64,000 nt of DNA, taken from NCBI GenBank assembly GCA_943355025.1, contig CALRDW010000002.1, forward strand, positions 7,252 to 71,251, read 5' to 3'. Within the stretch, counting starts at the first letter, position 1. Each line of letters begins with the position of its first letter. This document shows positions 37,821 through 49,914 of the stretch, one piece after another. The notes beneath the pieces are model-generated. The model was not told where the DNA came from. It did no database searches and saw nothing but the letters and a program-made list of their open reading frames with translations. The position numbers were made by a program, and so were the translations under genes. The stretch comes from Candidatus Magasanikiibacteriota bacterium (GTDB taxonomy: Bacteria; Patescibacteriota; Patescibacteriia; Magasanikbacterales; 2-02-FULL-50-9b).

Positions 37821-38288
37821 ATGCGAGGTAAACAAGCTCCAAAGCGCGACATCGCGCCAGACCCAATGTTCAACGACCCATCTCTCGGTAAGTTTATCAA
37901 TTTCTTGATGCTTGATGGCAAAAAAGTAACGGCACAAAAAATTGTGTACGGTGCATTCGCGATTATCAAAAAAGCAGAAGACAAAGAGCCTCTCGAAGTA
38001 TTTGAAGAAGCTCTTCGCAATGTTGGTCCGTCAGTTGAGGTTAAAACAAAACGCGTTGGTGGCAGCAACTACCAGGTGCCAATTCCAGTAAAGCCAGAGC
38101 GCAAAAATTCTCTTGCAATGCGTTGGATTATTAATGCAGCACGCGCAAAGAAGGGTCGTGCAATGACGGAAAAGCTCGCAGAAGAAATTACACTCGCAGC
38201 AAAAGGAGAGGGCGACGCAATGCGCAAGAAAACCGATGTGCACAAAATGGCAGAATCAAATCGCGCCTTTGCTCACTTCGCCTACTAA
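37821..38288 (+). CDS. rpsG: 30S ribosomal protein S7
   Basis: DGKK, RVGGSNYQVP, HKMAESNRAFAH. Confidence 0.99.
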   Translation: MRGKQAPKRDIAPDPMFNDPSLGKFINFLMLDGKKVTAQKIVYGAFAIIKKAEDKEPLEVFEEALRNVGPSVEVKTKRVGGSNYQVPIPVKPERKNSLAMRWIINAARAKKGRAMTEKLAEEITLAAKGEGDAMRKKTDVHKMAESNRAFAHFAY

Positions 38289-38300
38289 TCGCTCACTCTT

Positions 38301-40379
38301 ATGCCACGAGATTATTCTCTCTTGCACACTCGTAATTTTGGTATTATCGCGCATATTGATGCAGGTAAAACCACCGTGTCAGAACGCATCTTGTTTTACA
38401 CGGGTAAGAAACATAAGATCGGCGAAGTTCACGAAGGAGAAGCAACGATGGATTGGATGGAGCAGGAACGCGAACGTGGTATTACAATTACCGCTGCTGC
38501 GACAACCTGTTTTTGGAAAGACACCCGCATGAACTTGATTGACACGCCAGGACACATTGACTTCACGGTTGAAGTTAAGCGCTCGCTCCGCGTGCTTGAC
38601 GGGGCTGCTGTTATTTTTGACGGCGTTGCCGGTGTTGAACCGCAGTCTGAAACAAATTGGCGCTATGCTGATGAGCTAAACGTTCCGCGGCTTTGTTTCA
38701 TCAACAAGCTCGACCGCACAGGCGCAGATTTTTACAAGGACGTGAAATCGATTCACGATCGTTTGACGAAGGTTGCAATTCCTATGCAGCTTCCAATCGG
38801 ACAGGAAGGCGGTTTTCGCGGTTTTGTTGATTTACTCCGCATGCGTTCAGAGGTGTACTACGATGAAATGGGTCAGGATGTTCGCGAAGAAGATGTGCCG
38901 GCTGACATGCTCGAAATATGTACAGAATATCGTGCGAATCTGATTGAGAAAATTGTTGAGAATGACGAAAGCGCGATGGAGCGTTACTTGGCAGGCGAGG
39001 AAATTCCTCTTGCTGAGCTCAAAGCAATTATTCGTAAGGCAACGATTGCTGGCGCGTTTATTCCAATTTTGTGTGGTAGCGCGCTTAAGAACAAGGGTGT
39101 TCAATTTTTGCTCGACGCGATTGTTGACTATCTTCCTTCGCCGCTCGACGTGCCACCAATTGTTGGGCATGATCCAGACGACGAAACTGTGGAAATTCTT
39201 CGCCATGCTGATGACAGCGAACCGTTTACAGCTCTCGCGTTTAAAGTTGCGGCAGATCCATTCGTGGGTAAGCTGACTTTTTTCCGTGTGTATTCTGGTA
39301 CTCTCAAGGCTGGTTCGTATGCGCTCAACTCATCAACGGGTGAAAAAGAGCGTTTTGGCCGTATCGTGCGCTTGCACGCAAACACACGTGAAGATGTGGA
39401 TGAGGTGTTTGCGGGTGACATTGCTGCTGCAGTAGGTCTCAAATCAACCACAACGGGTAACACTCTGTGTGATATTGATAAACCAGTGCTGCTCGAAAAG
39501 ATTATTTTTCCTGAGCCGGTTATTTCGCTTGCGATTGAACCAAAAACAAAACAAGATCAAGAGAAAATGGGTATCGCACTCCAAAAACTCGCTGAAGAAG
39601 ATCCAACATTCCGTGTGCACACAGATGATGAAACCATGCAGACAATTATTGCGGGTATGGGTGAGCTTCACCTTGACATTATCGTTGATCGCATGAAGCG
39701 CGAATTTAAAGTTGAAGCAAACGTGGGCGCACCGCAAGTTGCGTTCAAGGAAGCGATCCGCGGTACAGCAGAAGCAGAAGGAAAGTATGTAAAACAGTCT
39801 GGTGGCCGTGGTCAGTACGGACATTGCTGGCTTAAGGTTGAGCCAAATGAAGCGGGCAAAGGGTTCGAATTCGTTGACGCAGTTAAGGGCGGCTCAATTC
39901 CAAAGGAATACATCGCACCAATTGAAAAAGGTGTTAAGGAAACGATGGCGCGCGGTGTTTTGGCTGGGTATCCAATGCTCGACATCATTGCAACAGTATT
40001 TGACGGTTCGTATCATGAGGTTGATTCGAATGAAGCAGCGTTTAAGATTGCAGGCTCCATGGCATTCAAAGAAGCGTGTCAAAAAGCAGGCATGATGCTT
40101 CTCGAACCAGTTATGAAAGTTGAGGTTTTGACGCCAGAAGCAAATATGGGCGATGTTATTGGTAACATTTCCTCAAAGCGTGGTGTTGTTCGCGAAATGC
40201 GCGACCGTGTCGGCATCAAAGTTGTGGATTCAGAAATTCCACTCGCCTCAATGTTTGGCTATGCAACAGAACTTCGTTCGATGACGCAGGGCCGTGCATC
40301 ATATTCTATGGAATTTTCTCATTATGCAGAAGTTCCCCAGAATGTTGCGAAGGAAGTTATCGAAGGACGAAAGAAATAA
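38301..40379 (+). CDS. fusA: elongation factor G
   Basis: [33 protein letters not shown]. Confidence 0.99.
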   Translation: MPRDYSLLHTRNFGIIAHIDAGKTTVSERILFYTGKKHKIGEVHEGEATMDWMEQERERGITITAAATTCFWKDTRMNLIDTPGHIDFTVEVKRSLRVLDGAAVIFDGVAGVEPQSETNWRYADELNVPRLCFINKLDRTGADFYKDVKSIHDRLTKVAIPMQLPIGQEGGFRGFVDLLRMRSEVYYDEMGQDVREEDVPADMLEICTEYRANLIEKIVENDESAMERYLAGEEIPLAELKAIIRKATIAGAFIPILCGSALKNKGVQFLLDAIVDYLPSPLDVPPIVGHDPDDETVEILRHADDSEPFTALAFKVAADPFVGKLTFFRVYSGTLKAGSYALNSSTGEKERFGRIVRLHANTREDVDEVFAGDIAAAVGLKSTTTGNTLCDIDKPVLLEKIIFPEPVISLAIEPKTKQDQEKMGIALQKLAEEDPTFRVHTDDETMQTIIAGMGELHLDIIVDRMKREFKVEANVGAPQVAFKEAIRGTAEAEGKYVKQSGGRGQYGHCWLKVEPNEAGKGFEFVDAVKGGSIPKEYIAPIEKGVKETMARGVLAGYPMLDIIATVFDGSYHEVDSNEAAFKIAGSMAFKEACQKAGMMLLEPVMKVEVLTPEANMGDVIGNISSKRGVVREMRDRVGIKVVDSEIPLASMFGYATELRSMTQGRASYSMEFSHYAEVPQNVAKEVIEGRKK

Positions 40380-40431
40380 AAATAAAAAATTAGCATCTAC
40401 ACTCAGAACATAAAAAGTTAATTGGATTAGT

Positions 40432-41388
40432 ATGCCTGTTCTTCAATCAATCAAAAATGGACTGCGTGATAATTTGCCCCAGGAAGTATTTCAAACCGTT
40501 CGCCGCTTGAAGCGAACGGTAACGGGCAACGGGACGCTCGTTGAACGCAAGCACATTACATTGTTGGAAAAAATGGTGCGTGGACTCATACGATTTATTC
40601 TCGTTGAGCGGTTTCCCGATGTTGCTCGTCCACGCGACGCGCGAAGTGAGATCAACAAACACGAATTCAAATTGTATTCGCAAAATGGGGAGGACGGTAT
40701 TTTGCTCCATATTTTTAATGCGATAGGAGTTACTAATCGAACGCTCGTTGAATTTGGAATCGGAGATGGCAGAGAAAATAATGCCGCAAATTTACTTTTG
40801 AATTTTGGATGGGGCGGCTTGCTCATGGACAGCTCGTTCGATAATTGCGCTTCAGCAGATTTGTTTTACAGAACTCTCATCGATAATTCGGATGTAAAAC
40901 ACATTAAAGTTGCTCAAGAGTTAGTAACGAAAGAAACCATTAATGCTTTGTTAGAAAAGTATAACGTAACCGGCGAGATTGATTTATTGTCCATCGATAT
41001 TGATAGCAATGACTATTGGGTGTGGGACGCAATCAGTTCTATAAACCCCCGCGTTGTTGTTGTTGAATATAACGCATCATTTGGCGCAACCCAGTCCGTT
41101 ACCATGCCAAACACTGATGAATTTGATCGATTCGAACATCACGAAAAGGGTTATTATCATGGAGTTTCTGTTGCGGCTCTCGTAAAACTCGGCGAGAAAA
41201 AAGGGTATGTATTCGTGGGCTGTGATAGTTCCGGATGCAATACATTCTTTATTAGAAAAGATATTGCGACTCAATTCACAGGTGTTTCTTCAAGTCAGGC
41301 GTATTATCCGCACGCACGACGGTTGAAAAAAAGCACTGAAGCTGAGCAGATTAAGATTGTTGGTCAGTATCCCGTTGTAACTATTTGA
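40432..41388 (+). CDS. FkbM-like methyltransferase-family protein
   Basis: YSQNGEDG, VEFG, DLLSIDIDSNDYWVW, PRVVVVEYN. Confidence 0.65.
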   Translation: MPVLQSIKNGLRDNLPQEVFQTVRRLKRTVTGNGTLVERKHITLLEKMVRGLIRFILVERFPDVARPRDARSEINKHEFKLYSQNGEDGILLHIFNAIGVTNRTLVEFGIGDGRENNAANLLLNFGWGGLLMDSSFDNCASADLFYRTLIDNSDVKHIKVAQELVTKETINALLEKYNVTGEIDLLSIDIDSNDYWVWDAISSINPRVVVVEYNASFGATQSVTMPNTDEFDRFEHHEKGYYHGVSVAALVKLGEKKGYVFVGCDSSGCNTFFIRKDIATQFTGVSSSQAYYPHARRLKKSTEAEQIKIVGQYPVVTI

Positions 41389-41395
41389 TCGGTAA

Positions 41396-42592
41396 TTAAA
41401 GGGTCGCAGCGATTTTTTTTATTCCTGCATGCAGCTCTTTCAGTTTAATTTCGTAGTTCAGTTCATCTTCTTTTAATCGCGCGAAACAGTTTGAGGATAA
41501 TTGTGCACGCAGTTCAGGATCAGCGCCGAGCTGCTTGATTTTTTCAGCCAGTTCTGCCACATCGCCATCCTTAAAATAAAGTGCGCTATTTTTAGCAACC
41601 CACTGGAGCCCGCCACCAGCAGGTAAAATACAGGGTAAGCCGAATGTCATCGCTTCTAAAACGGTAATCGACGTAAGTTCTGTTCGCCAACGCGCCTGGA
41701 TAAAAATATCGGCGGTTTTGAAATATTCAAACACACGTTCTTTTGTTACCCAACCAGGAAATTCAACGTAGGATTCAATACCTAATTCTTTTACGCGCGA
41801 TCTGATGAGCGCCTCTTCGGGGCCGTCGCCGCCGAGAATCAATTTGAATTGATTTTTGTTTTTTAATCTTGAAAACGCTTCGATTAAGATGTCATATCCC
41901 TTGCCCGGCACCATGCGCCCCGAATAAAAAATTTTGAGCGGGGAGTGGGGAGTAGTATTTCGTTCCTTATAGGAATCTTCCGTTACAGCGCCTTCTTTCA
42001 ATACAGTTTTAAAATCGTAAGGGTCGCCGAGGATCATGCTTTTTTGTGCGGTCACAAGACCAAACGTTTCATAACATTTTTGTAGCACAGGATTGGTAAA
42101 TGATAACCAATCGATATGGTTTGCGAGCCACATGCCAATATTTTTTTCAATCAGCCAGCGAATTTTTTTCTTCGCTCGTCGCAGCGCGTTGTCCGCCATG
42201 CGTATAAAAAGATCAGAGTTGCTCAGCGGCCAGCACGTAAGCTCACGATTAAAGAATGCAGAGATGGGGGTTTTGCCGCCAAGCGCGCGATAGAGTCCCG
42301 CGCCATAGAGAAAGAGGTGACCGTCAACGTGGAATACATCGGCCTGACCCTCATTTTTTTTGAGTATTTTGTAGCTTCCCCAGAGGATTGTAAGCAGGCG
42401 CGTTGAAGAAATATGTTCTTCGATAACATCATAGGGTAGGCCACCGAGATTACTATTGTTATCTGAAAACGCAGTGATGACTCGCACCGACTCGCCAAAT
42501 TTTTGGAGCGTTCGAAATTTTAAATCGAATTCTCCGATTGATCCGCCAGAGGAAATAAAATTAAGTTTAGATGTGAGAAAAATTATGCGCAT
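41396..42592 (-). CDS. GT4 glycosyltransferase
   Basis: YSGRMVPGKG, GGDGPE, LEAMTFGLP. Confidence 0.88.
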   Translation of the reverse strand: MRIIFLTSKLNFISSGGSIGEFDLKFRTLQKFGESVRVITAFSDNNSNLGGLPYDVIEEHISSTRLLTILWGSYKILKKNEGQADVFHVDGHLFLYGAGLYRALGGKTPISAFFNRELTCWPLSNSDLFIRMADNALRRAKKKIRWLIEKNIGMWLANHIDWLSFTNPVLQKCYETFGLVTAQKSMILGDPYDFKTVLKEGAVTEDSYKERNTTPHSPLKIFYSGRMVPGKGYDILIEAFSRLKNKNQFKLILGGDGPEEALIRSRVKELGIESYVEFPGWVTKERVFEYFKTADIFIQARWRTELTSITVLEAMTFGLPCILPAGGGLQWVAKNSALYFKDGDVAELAEKIKQLGADPELRAQLSSNCFARLKEDELNYEIKLKELHAGIKKIAATL

Positions 42593-42668
42593 ATGAATTT
42601 GGAAAGTTTAACAAGGAAGCGTTGGTCGCGCAAATGAGTTTTAGAGTTGTGGTATACTGCCGCGTACT

Positions 42669-42968
42669 ATGGAGCAATTATTACAACGTGCGCTTGAGCT
42701 TTCACAAAAAACAGGAGAACGGCTGATCGTGTGTGATCAAAAAACAGGAGCTGCTTTTGTCATCCTGTCCTTGGAGGCCTATGAGGCTTTCGTGAATAAG
42801 GCCGATTTTCAGCAAAAAAAACACACAATTTCGACTAAAAAAGAACCAGAAGTGGCGCGCTTGACAAACACCTCGCTTCTCGATAAAATAAACCGCGAAC
42901 TTGGAGAAGCAGTCGAAACACCAACTCCAGAGGCTAGTGAGTTCTTAACAGAGTCCCTAGACATTTAA
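42669..42968 (+). CDS. small hypothetical protein
   Basis: 99-aa ORF preceded by TGgTATACT; KTGERLIV...AFVILSLEAYE. Confidence 0.6.
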   Translation: MEQLLQRALELSQKTGERLIVCDQKTGAAFVILSLEAYEAFVNKADFQQKKHTISTKKEPEVARLTNTSLLDKINRELGEAVETPTPEASEFLTESLDI

Positions 42969-42997
42969 AAGGCGATAAATAGGGGAATTATCCCCAC

Positions 42998-43026
42998 TTG
43001 CACCTTTTTAAAAGTTCTGTTATAGT
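42998..43026 (+). promoter_or_regulatory. tuf/S10 operon promoter
   Basis: TTGCAC-N17-TATAGT with TG extension. Confidence 0.6.
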
Positions 43027-43081
43027 ACTGCTCACTTTCGGACCAACAAATTTTCTCTTAATTAAGCCAACGTAAAGCCCT

Positions 43082-44269
<1,188 letters not shown>

Positions 44270-44347
44270 CAGGGATAGAGTTAGCTAGTCGAAGATCGGC
44301 TTCGACTAGTTGTACTCCACCACTGTGGAGAGTTAGATAAGAATCAC

Positions 44348-44698
44348 ATGACTACAGTCCTTGCAGACGAAAAGCAAAAGAAGGTAGAGGAAACTGGGCA
44401 ACGTATTCGCCTTAAAGTTCGTGCATACGATCACAAGATTATCGACGCGGCAACGCGCACGATCATTGAAGCGGTTGAGCGTTCGGGCGCTAAGGTGCGC
44501 GGTCCTGTGCCACTCCCGACCAATATCAAAAAGTTCACTGTGAACCGGTCGACGTTTGTGCACAAAGATGCTCGAGAGCAGTTTGAAATGCGTATTCATA
44601 CGCGTCTCATCGATATTTTGGAGCCATCCAGTAAAACGGTTGACCTGCTTATGTCGTTATCCTTACCAGCTGGCGTGGACGTAGAGATTAAAATGTAA
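44348..44698 (+). CDS. rpsJ: 30S ribosomal protein S10
   Basis: [16 protein letters not shown]. Confidence 0.98.
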   Translation: MTTVLADEKQKKVEETGQRIRLKVRAYDHKIIDAATRTIIEAVERSGAKVRGPVPLPTNIKKFTVNRSTFVHKDAREQFEMRIHTRLIDILEPSSKTVDLLMSLSLPAGVDVEIKM

Positions 44699-44820
44699 GA
44701 TTGATTTCTTTTGGGGGGAGAGAAATCAGAAGCTGCGCATGGCGCGTCCAATAGTGGATACGGCCATACACAACTTCTGGTTTTTTGTTACCGTAAATAA
44801 CCAACGGTTACCGAAGCGAT

Positions 44821-45546
44821 ATGAAATTCATAATTGGCAGAAAATTAAACATGACGCAGATCTTCCGCCCCGACGGTTCGGTGGTGCCAGTGACGCGTAT
44901 TCAGGCGGGGCCACTCACGGTCACGCAAATTAAGAATGAGGGTGGTAAACAGGTTGCTGTCCAGGTGGGTTTTGATACCACAGCGAAACATCAAAGCAGA
45001 TCAGTCGCAGGCCATCTTAAGGGCTTGCCAATGTTCCGCGTGCTTCAAGAGTTCCGTACAGAGCAATCTGTAAACCGTGGCGATATGATTACCGTTGAAA
45101 CGTTTTCACCGGGCGACCATGTTGATGCAGTTGGAACTTCAAAGGGTAAGGGTTTCGCAGGTGTAGTTAAACGCCATCATTTTCGCGGTGGTCCTGCTTC
45201 ACACGGTCACAAAGACAATCTTCGCGCCCCAGGTTCAATTGGTGCGGGCGGTGTACAGCGTGTGTTTAAGGGAATGCGCATGGCAGGTCACATGGGTGAT
45301 GAGCGTGTAACCGTAAAAAATTTAGAAATTGTTGCAATTGATCCAGAAAATAACGAAATTCTTGTTAAGGGCGCGGTGCCTGGTGCTCGAAATTCAGTTA
45401 TTACTCTTTCAACTCCGACGGGCGAGCTTGTTATCAAGCAAACAGGATCGGCAGTTGTTATTGAAGAATCACAGCCTGCTGAAACTGTTGACGTCGCTCA
45501 AACGGACGAAGTAGCGGAAGTCGTTGCTGAAGAAGTAACCGCATAA
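44821..45546 (+). CDS. rplC: 50S ribosomal protein L3
   Basis: SKGKGFAG, RAPGSIG, MAGHMG, KGAVPG. Confidence 0.98.
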   Translation: MKFIIGRKLNMTQIFRPDGSVVPVTRIQAGPLTVTQIKNEGGKQVAVQVGFDTTAKHQSRSVAGHLKGLPMFRVLQEFRTEQSVNRGDMITVETFSPGDHVDAVGTSKGKGFAGVVKRHHFRGGPASHGHKDNLRAPGSIGAGGVQRVFKGMRMAGHMGDERVTVKNLEIVAIDPENNEILVKGAVPGARNSVITLSTPTGELVIKQTGSAVVIEESQPAETVDVAQTDEVAEVVAEEVTA

Positions 45547-45548
45547 AT

Positions 45549-46181
45549 ATGTCAGTCATTCTCAAAACCTACAACGTAAAAGGAGAAAGTGTCGGGGAGT
45601 TGAAATCTGACAGCATTTTGTTTAACGAAGTTGTTCACCCAAGTCTTGTGCATGAAGTGTACACATTGCTCAGCTCGAGCATGCGTCAGGGTGGTGCAAA
45701 CACGAAGACACGCGGTGAAGTTCGTGGTGGTGGTAAGAAGCCATGGAAACAGAAAGGTACTGGTCGCGCACGTCATGGTTCAACACGTTCACCAATTTGG
45801 GTGGGTGGTGGTATTACTTTTGGTCCACAAAAAGAAAAGAACTGGAGACGTAAGATCAACAAGCAGACCATGCGCAAAGCACTTCGTATGATTCTTAGCC
45901 AGCGCGCTGCGAGTAGCACTGTGTTTGTGATTAATGATTGGAACACCGCAGGAAAGACGAAGGGTTTTTCAGCCCTTCTTTTAGCGCTCGGCATCAAAGG
46001 ACGCTCTGTGCTTGTCGTAACGCCAGCAAAAGAAGACATGACATTCCGCGCAGCTCGAAACGTTGGACGCGTAGATGTTGTGCCAGCAAATGCGGTTAAT
46101 GTAGTAGAACTCCTCGAGCACCAGTATGTGGTGATCCATCCGGATACGGTTGGTGCGCTCGAGAAACTGTTTGTGAAGTAA
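45549..46181 (+). CDS. rplD: 50S ribosomal protein L4
   Basis: GGGKKPWKQKGTGRARHGS. Confidence 0.98.
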   Translation: MSVILKTYNVKGESVGELKSDSILFNEVVHPSLVHEVYTLLSSSMRQGGANTKTRGEVRGGGKKPWKQKGTGRARHGSTRSPIWVGGGITFGPQKEKNWRRKINKQTMRKALRMILSQRAASSTVFVINDWNTAGKTKGFSALLLALGIKGRSVLVVTPAKEDMTFRAARNVGRVDVVPANAVNVVELLEHQYVVIHPDTVGALEKLFVK

Positions 46182-46182
46182 T

Positions 46183-46731
46183 ATGAGTATTTTGAGCAAA
46201 GTTAAAAAATTAGTTTCCGCTGATGGTGCCGCAGAAGAGAAGCCACAGAAAAAGGCTGCTTTGGAAGCAAAACCTAAGCGTGTAGCTGCAAAGAAGGCTC
46301 CTACAAAAACAGTCGCAAAAATTGCGGCAGCTTCGGAGCACACACATAATGAAAATGATGGGCATGATCACGCGGGCCACAACCATGCGCCACAAACACC
46401 GGCAGCTCGCCAATCGCAGCCGCAGGCAGTGAGCGCAGCAGTTGGCATTGGTGCGGCGCACTATATTCTTCGTCCACTCATTACTGAGAAAGGAACAACC
46501 ACAGCGCAGCACGGCACATACATGTTTGCGGTAAAGCCGGAAGCAGGTAAGGCTGCGATTAAGCAGGCGATTGAAAAACTCTACGGCGTAACAGTTGTGA
46601 AAGTTCGTACTTCACGCTACGACGGTAAAGTTGTTCGCACCGGTAAAATTTCGGGTCGCCGTTCAAATTTCAAGAAAGCTTTTGTGACTGTGGCAGATGG
46701 CCAACAGATCTCAATTCATAACGGGGTATAA
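46183..46731 (+). CDS. rplW: 50S ribosomal protein L23 with long N-terminal extension
   Basis: ILRPLITEK, FKKAFVT; position between rplD and rplB. Confidence 0.93.
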   Translation: MSILSKVKKLVSADGAAEEKPQKKAALEAKPKRVAAKKAPTKTVAKIAAASEHTHNENDGHDHAGHNHAPQTPAARQSQPQAVSAAVGIGAAHYILRPLITEKGTTTAQHGTYMFAVKPEAGKAAIKQAIEKLYGVTVVKVRTSRYDGKVVRTGKISGRRSNFKKAFVTVADGQQISIHNGV

Positions 46732-46736
46732 CGCAT

Positions 46737-47585
46737 ATGGCAATCCGACGCTACAACCCAACAACAAATGCACGACGCAACAGCAGTGTCGATGCGTTTT
46801 CTGATATTACAAAAACAGAGCCGGAAAAATCACTTGTTCGTTTCCGCAAATCTTCGGGTGGTCGTAATAACCAAGGTAAAATTACAGTTCGTCATCGTGG
46901 AGGCGGCGCTCGCCGATACATGCGTGATGTCGATTTTCTCTCGCAGAAGTTTGACATGCCTGCAACACTTGCTGCAATTGAATACGATCCAAATCGCGGC
47001 GCGCGTCTCGGTCTGCTCGAATATGCTGGCGGCGAAAAGGCATACATGGTTTTGCCAGCAGGACTCTCTGTTGGAGATGTGATTGTTTCATCTCAGAATT
47101 TGATTGAAGCAAAACCAGGAAACCGCATGCCACTCAAGTTTATTCCAATCGGTATCATGGTGAGCAACGTTGAGCTTCGCCCAGGCCAAGGTGGTAAATT
47201 GGTGCGTGGCGCTGGCGTTGGTGCACAGCTCATGGCAGTTGAAAATAACATGGCAACACTTCGTATGCCCTCAACTGAGGTTCGAATGATCTCAGCAGAC
47301 GCGTGTGCGACAGTTGGTGCAGTTGGTAATTCAGACCACAACCTCATTCGCTGGGGTAAGGCAGGACGCATGCGTCACAAGGGTTTCCGTCCAACTGTGC
47401 GTGGTAAGGCTATGAATCCAGTTGATCACCCACACGGTGGTGGTGAAGGACGAAATCCAATTGGTATGAAGGCGCCGAAGACACCATGGGGAAAGAAGGC
47501 GCTCGGTGTTAAAACCCGTGACGCGAAGAAGCACAGCAGTAAGTTTATTATTGCTCGTCGCAAGAACAAGAACAAGAAAAAGTAA
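46737..47585 (+). CDS. rplB: 50S ribosomal protein L2
   Basis: EYDPNR, MNPVDHPHGGGEG. Confidence 0.99.
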   Translation: MAIRRYNPTTNARRNSSVDAFSDITKTEPEKSLVRFRKSSGGRNNQGKITVRHRGGGARRYMRDVDFLSQKFDMPATLAAIEYDPNRGARLGLLEYAGGEKAYMVLPAGLSVGDVIVSSQNLIEAKPGNRMPLKFIPIGIMVSNVELRPGQGGKLVRGAGVGAQLMAVENNMATLRMPSTEVRMISADACATVGAVGNSDHNLIRWGKAGRMRHKGFRPTVRGKAMNPVDHPHGGGEGRNPIGMKAPKTPWGKKALGVKTRDAKKHSSKFIIARRKNKNKKK

Positions 47586-47591
47586 ACCACT

Positions 47592-47903
47592 ATGTCACGA
47601 AGTAGCAAAAAAGGACCATACGTTGATGAGAAGCTCATGGAGAAAGTCGGAAAGCTCCGCGCTGGAGATAAGACTGTTATCAAAACATGGGCTCGCGCAA
47701 GTACGATCACACCAGCAATGGTGGGATTCACCTTTGCTGTTCATAACGGTAAAGATTTCCTTCAGGTATACGTGGTTGAAAACATGGTTGGCCACAAACT
47801 TGGCGAATTTTCACTCACCCGCAAGTTCATCCGCCATGGCGGCAAGCTTGCAAAGGATGATGGCAAAGGCGCAAAGCCAGCAGCTGCTCCAGCTAAGAAG
47901 TAA
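47592..47903 (+). CDS. rpsS: 30S ribosomal protein S19
   Basis: [19 protein letters not shown]. Confidence 0.98.
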   Translation: MSRSSKKGPYVDEKLMEKVGKLRAGDKTVIKTWARASTITPAMVGFTFAVHNGKDFLQVYVVENMVGHKLGEFSLTRKFIRHGGKLAKDDGKGAKPAAAPAKK

Positions 47904-47906
47904 TCT

Positions 47907-48329
47907 ATGAAAACACAGGCAAGCGCAAATACAATCCGAATGTCATGTCGCAAAGTGCGGCTCATTGCTGATATGGTTCGCGGTATGAACGCGCTCGAGG
48001 CGATTTCGCGCCTCCAGTTTGTTCGTCGCGATGCTTCAGCGCCGGTTGCACAGCTGATTAAATCAGCTATTGCAAATGCAGGGCACAACCACAAAGTAGA
48101 GCCGGAAGTATTGTGGATTTCAGAGATTAGCGTTGACAATGCAGGTTTTCTTAAGCGATTCCGTCCACGTGCAATGGGCCGTGCTGCGGAAATTCACAAG
48201 CATCTTGCACATATTCAACTGACTGTGTCAGATGAACCACGTACAGGACGCGCTGCGAAATTGCTTGCAAAGAAGGCTGATAAAACAGCGCGGGCTGCTG
48301 CTAAAAAAGTTGTAAAAGCTGTTAAGTAA
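47907..48329 (+). CDS. rplV: 50S ribosomal protein L22
   Basis: SAIANA, KRFRPRAMGRA. Confidence 0.97.
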   Translation: MKTQASANTIRMSCRKVRLIADMVRGMNALEAISRLQFVRRDASAPVAQLIKSAIANAGHNHKVEPEVLWISEISVDNAGFLKRFRPRAMGRAAEIHKHLAHIQLTVSDEPRTGRAAKLLAKKADKTARAAAKKVVKAVK

Positions 48330-48335
48330 AATCCT

Positions 48336-49028
48336 ATGGGTCATAAAGTACATCCAAAAATCTACCGAATGGGCGAACTCTGGACATGGGATTCGCAGTG
48401 GTTTCGTTCAAAGAACAAATTCGCGGAAGCTCTTGAAATTGATGTAGCAATCCGTAAGTTTCTCCGAAAGGAACTTAAAGGTGCTGCGCTTGACGCAATT
48501 AAAGTTGAAATGAGCCCACGCGACGTAACGATCACCCTTCTTTCAGGTAAGCCGGGTATGATCATTGGTCGTGGTGGCGCAGGTATCGAAGACATGCGCA
48601 AGAAAATCCAAAAGAAGTTTTTTGCAGCAAAAAAGAATTTTCAGGTCCGCCTCAACGTACAGGAACTTGCTAACGCAAGTCTTTCTTCAACCGTTGTAGC
48701 AGAACAGATGGCACTTGATCTCGAAAAGCGCATGCCGTTTCGCCGCGTACTTAAGGGTACAATCGAACGTGCACAGCGGGCAGGTGCGCTTGGTATCAAA
48801 GTCGCAGTGTCTGGCCGACTCAATGGCGCAGAAATTGCACGTCGCGAGTGGTTGACGTGGGGCAAGGTGCCTCTCCAGACGATTCGTGCTGATATCGACT
48901 TCGCATATGGCGAAGCGCACACGATTTACGGTGCAATCGGTATCAAGGTCTGGATTTATAAGGGCGAACGCTTTGGCCGCAAGGATCGGTTTACGGACGA
49001 TGCCAAAGAAAAAACATTTAGCAAATAA
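48336..49028 (+). CDS. rpsC: 30S ribosomal protein S3
   Basis: MGHKVHP, PGMIIGRGG, SGRLNGAEIAR. Confidence 0.98.
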   Translation: MGHKVHPKIYRMGELWTWDSQWFRSKNKFAEALEIDVAIRKFLRKELKGAALDAIKVEMSPRDVTITLLSGKPGMIIGRGGAGIEDMRKKIQKKFFAAKKNFQVRLNVQELANASLSSTVVAEQMALDLEKRMPFRRVLKGTIERAQRAGALGIKVAVSGRLNGAEIARREWLTWGKVPLQTIRADIDFAYGEAHTIYGAIGIKVWIYKGERFGRKDRFTDDAKEKTFSK

Positions 49029-49039
49029 TCAGGATTAGT

Positions 49040-49456
49040 ATGTTGATTCCACGAAAGGTCAAACATCGCAAGTGGCACAAAGGGCGCCGTCGCAACACTG
49101 GTGTTGCAACCAGTAAAGTAACCGTAGCATTCGGTACTTTTGGCATGCGTGCAACCACCTATGCGTGGGTTACATCGCGTCAGATTGAGTCAGTACGTAA
49201 AGTTTTGACTCGTTACGTTAAGAAAGGTGGCAAGATTTGGATCCGCATCTTTCCAGACAAACCGATTACCCAAAAGGGCGCAGAAACCCCTATGGGTAAG
49301 GGTAAAGGTGCTGTTGATCACTATGTGTGTATCATCAAGCCAGGAACAGTGATGTTTGAAATGGATGGTATTACGGAAACCGCAGCAAAAGAAGCTTTCA
49401 ACTTCGCTACATACAAGCTTCCGCTTAAGACGCAGTTTGTCAAACGTCACGTATAA
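49040..49456 (+). CDS. rplP: 50S ribosomal protein L16
   Basis: [16 protein letters not shown]. Confidence 0.98.
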   Translation: MLIPRKVKHRKWHKGRRRNTGVATSKVTVAFGTFGMRATTYAWVTSRQIESVRKVLTRYVKKGGKIWIRIFPDKPITQKGAETPMGKGKGAVDHYVCIIKPGTVMFEMDGITETAAKEAFNFATYKLPLKTQFVKRHV

Positions 49457-49460
49457 TCCT

Positions 49461-49661
49461 ATGAAAACCACTGAGCTTCAGGATAAAACAGTTGAAGAAC
49501 TCGAATCGCTGGCAGCAGAGACTGCTGAGCAGCATCGGGCAATCAAAACCGCACTTCGTTCGAGCACGTACAAGCGCTCGCATGAGCTCGGGGGTCTTGC
49601 AAAAAAACGTGCACAGATCTTGACGATTCTTGCAAACAAGCGTACAATAACGCATTCGTAA
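49461..49661 (+). CDS. rpmC: 50S ribosomal protein L29
   Basis: MKTTELQDK...AQILT; operon position. Confidence 0.9.
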   Translation: MKTTELQDKTVEELESLAAETAEQHRAIKTALRSSTYKRSHELGGLAKKRAQILTILANKRTITHS

Positions 49662-49662
49662 T

Positions 49663-49905
49663 ATGGAACAGACTAAAGTACACAAACGCCAACTGACCGG
49701 GACAGTCGTCTCGAACGCAATGAATAAAACCATTGTTGTTAAGGTTGACCGCGTTAAGACTCATCCAAAGTACGGCAAGCAGTTTGTACAGTCAAAAAAA
49801 TACCATGTTCACGATGAGAAAGAGTCTCATAAGGTCGGTGAAGTGGTAACGTTTGTTGAGTGCCGTCCACTTTCTAAAACAAAGTGCTGGCGCGTTCTCG
49901 CTTAA
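49663..49905 (+). CDS. rpsQ: 30S ribosomal protein S17
   Basis: GTVVS, HPKYGK, ECRPLSKTK. Confidence 0.98.
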   Translation: MEQTKVHKRQLTGTVVSNAMNKTIVVKVDRVKTHPKYGKQFVQSKKYHVHDEKESHKVGEVVTFVECRPLSKTKCWRVLA

Positions 49906-49914
49906 CTTTCCTAT

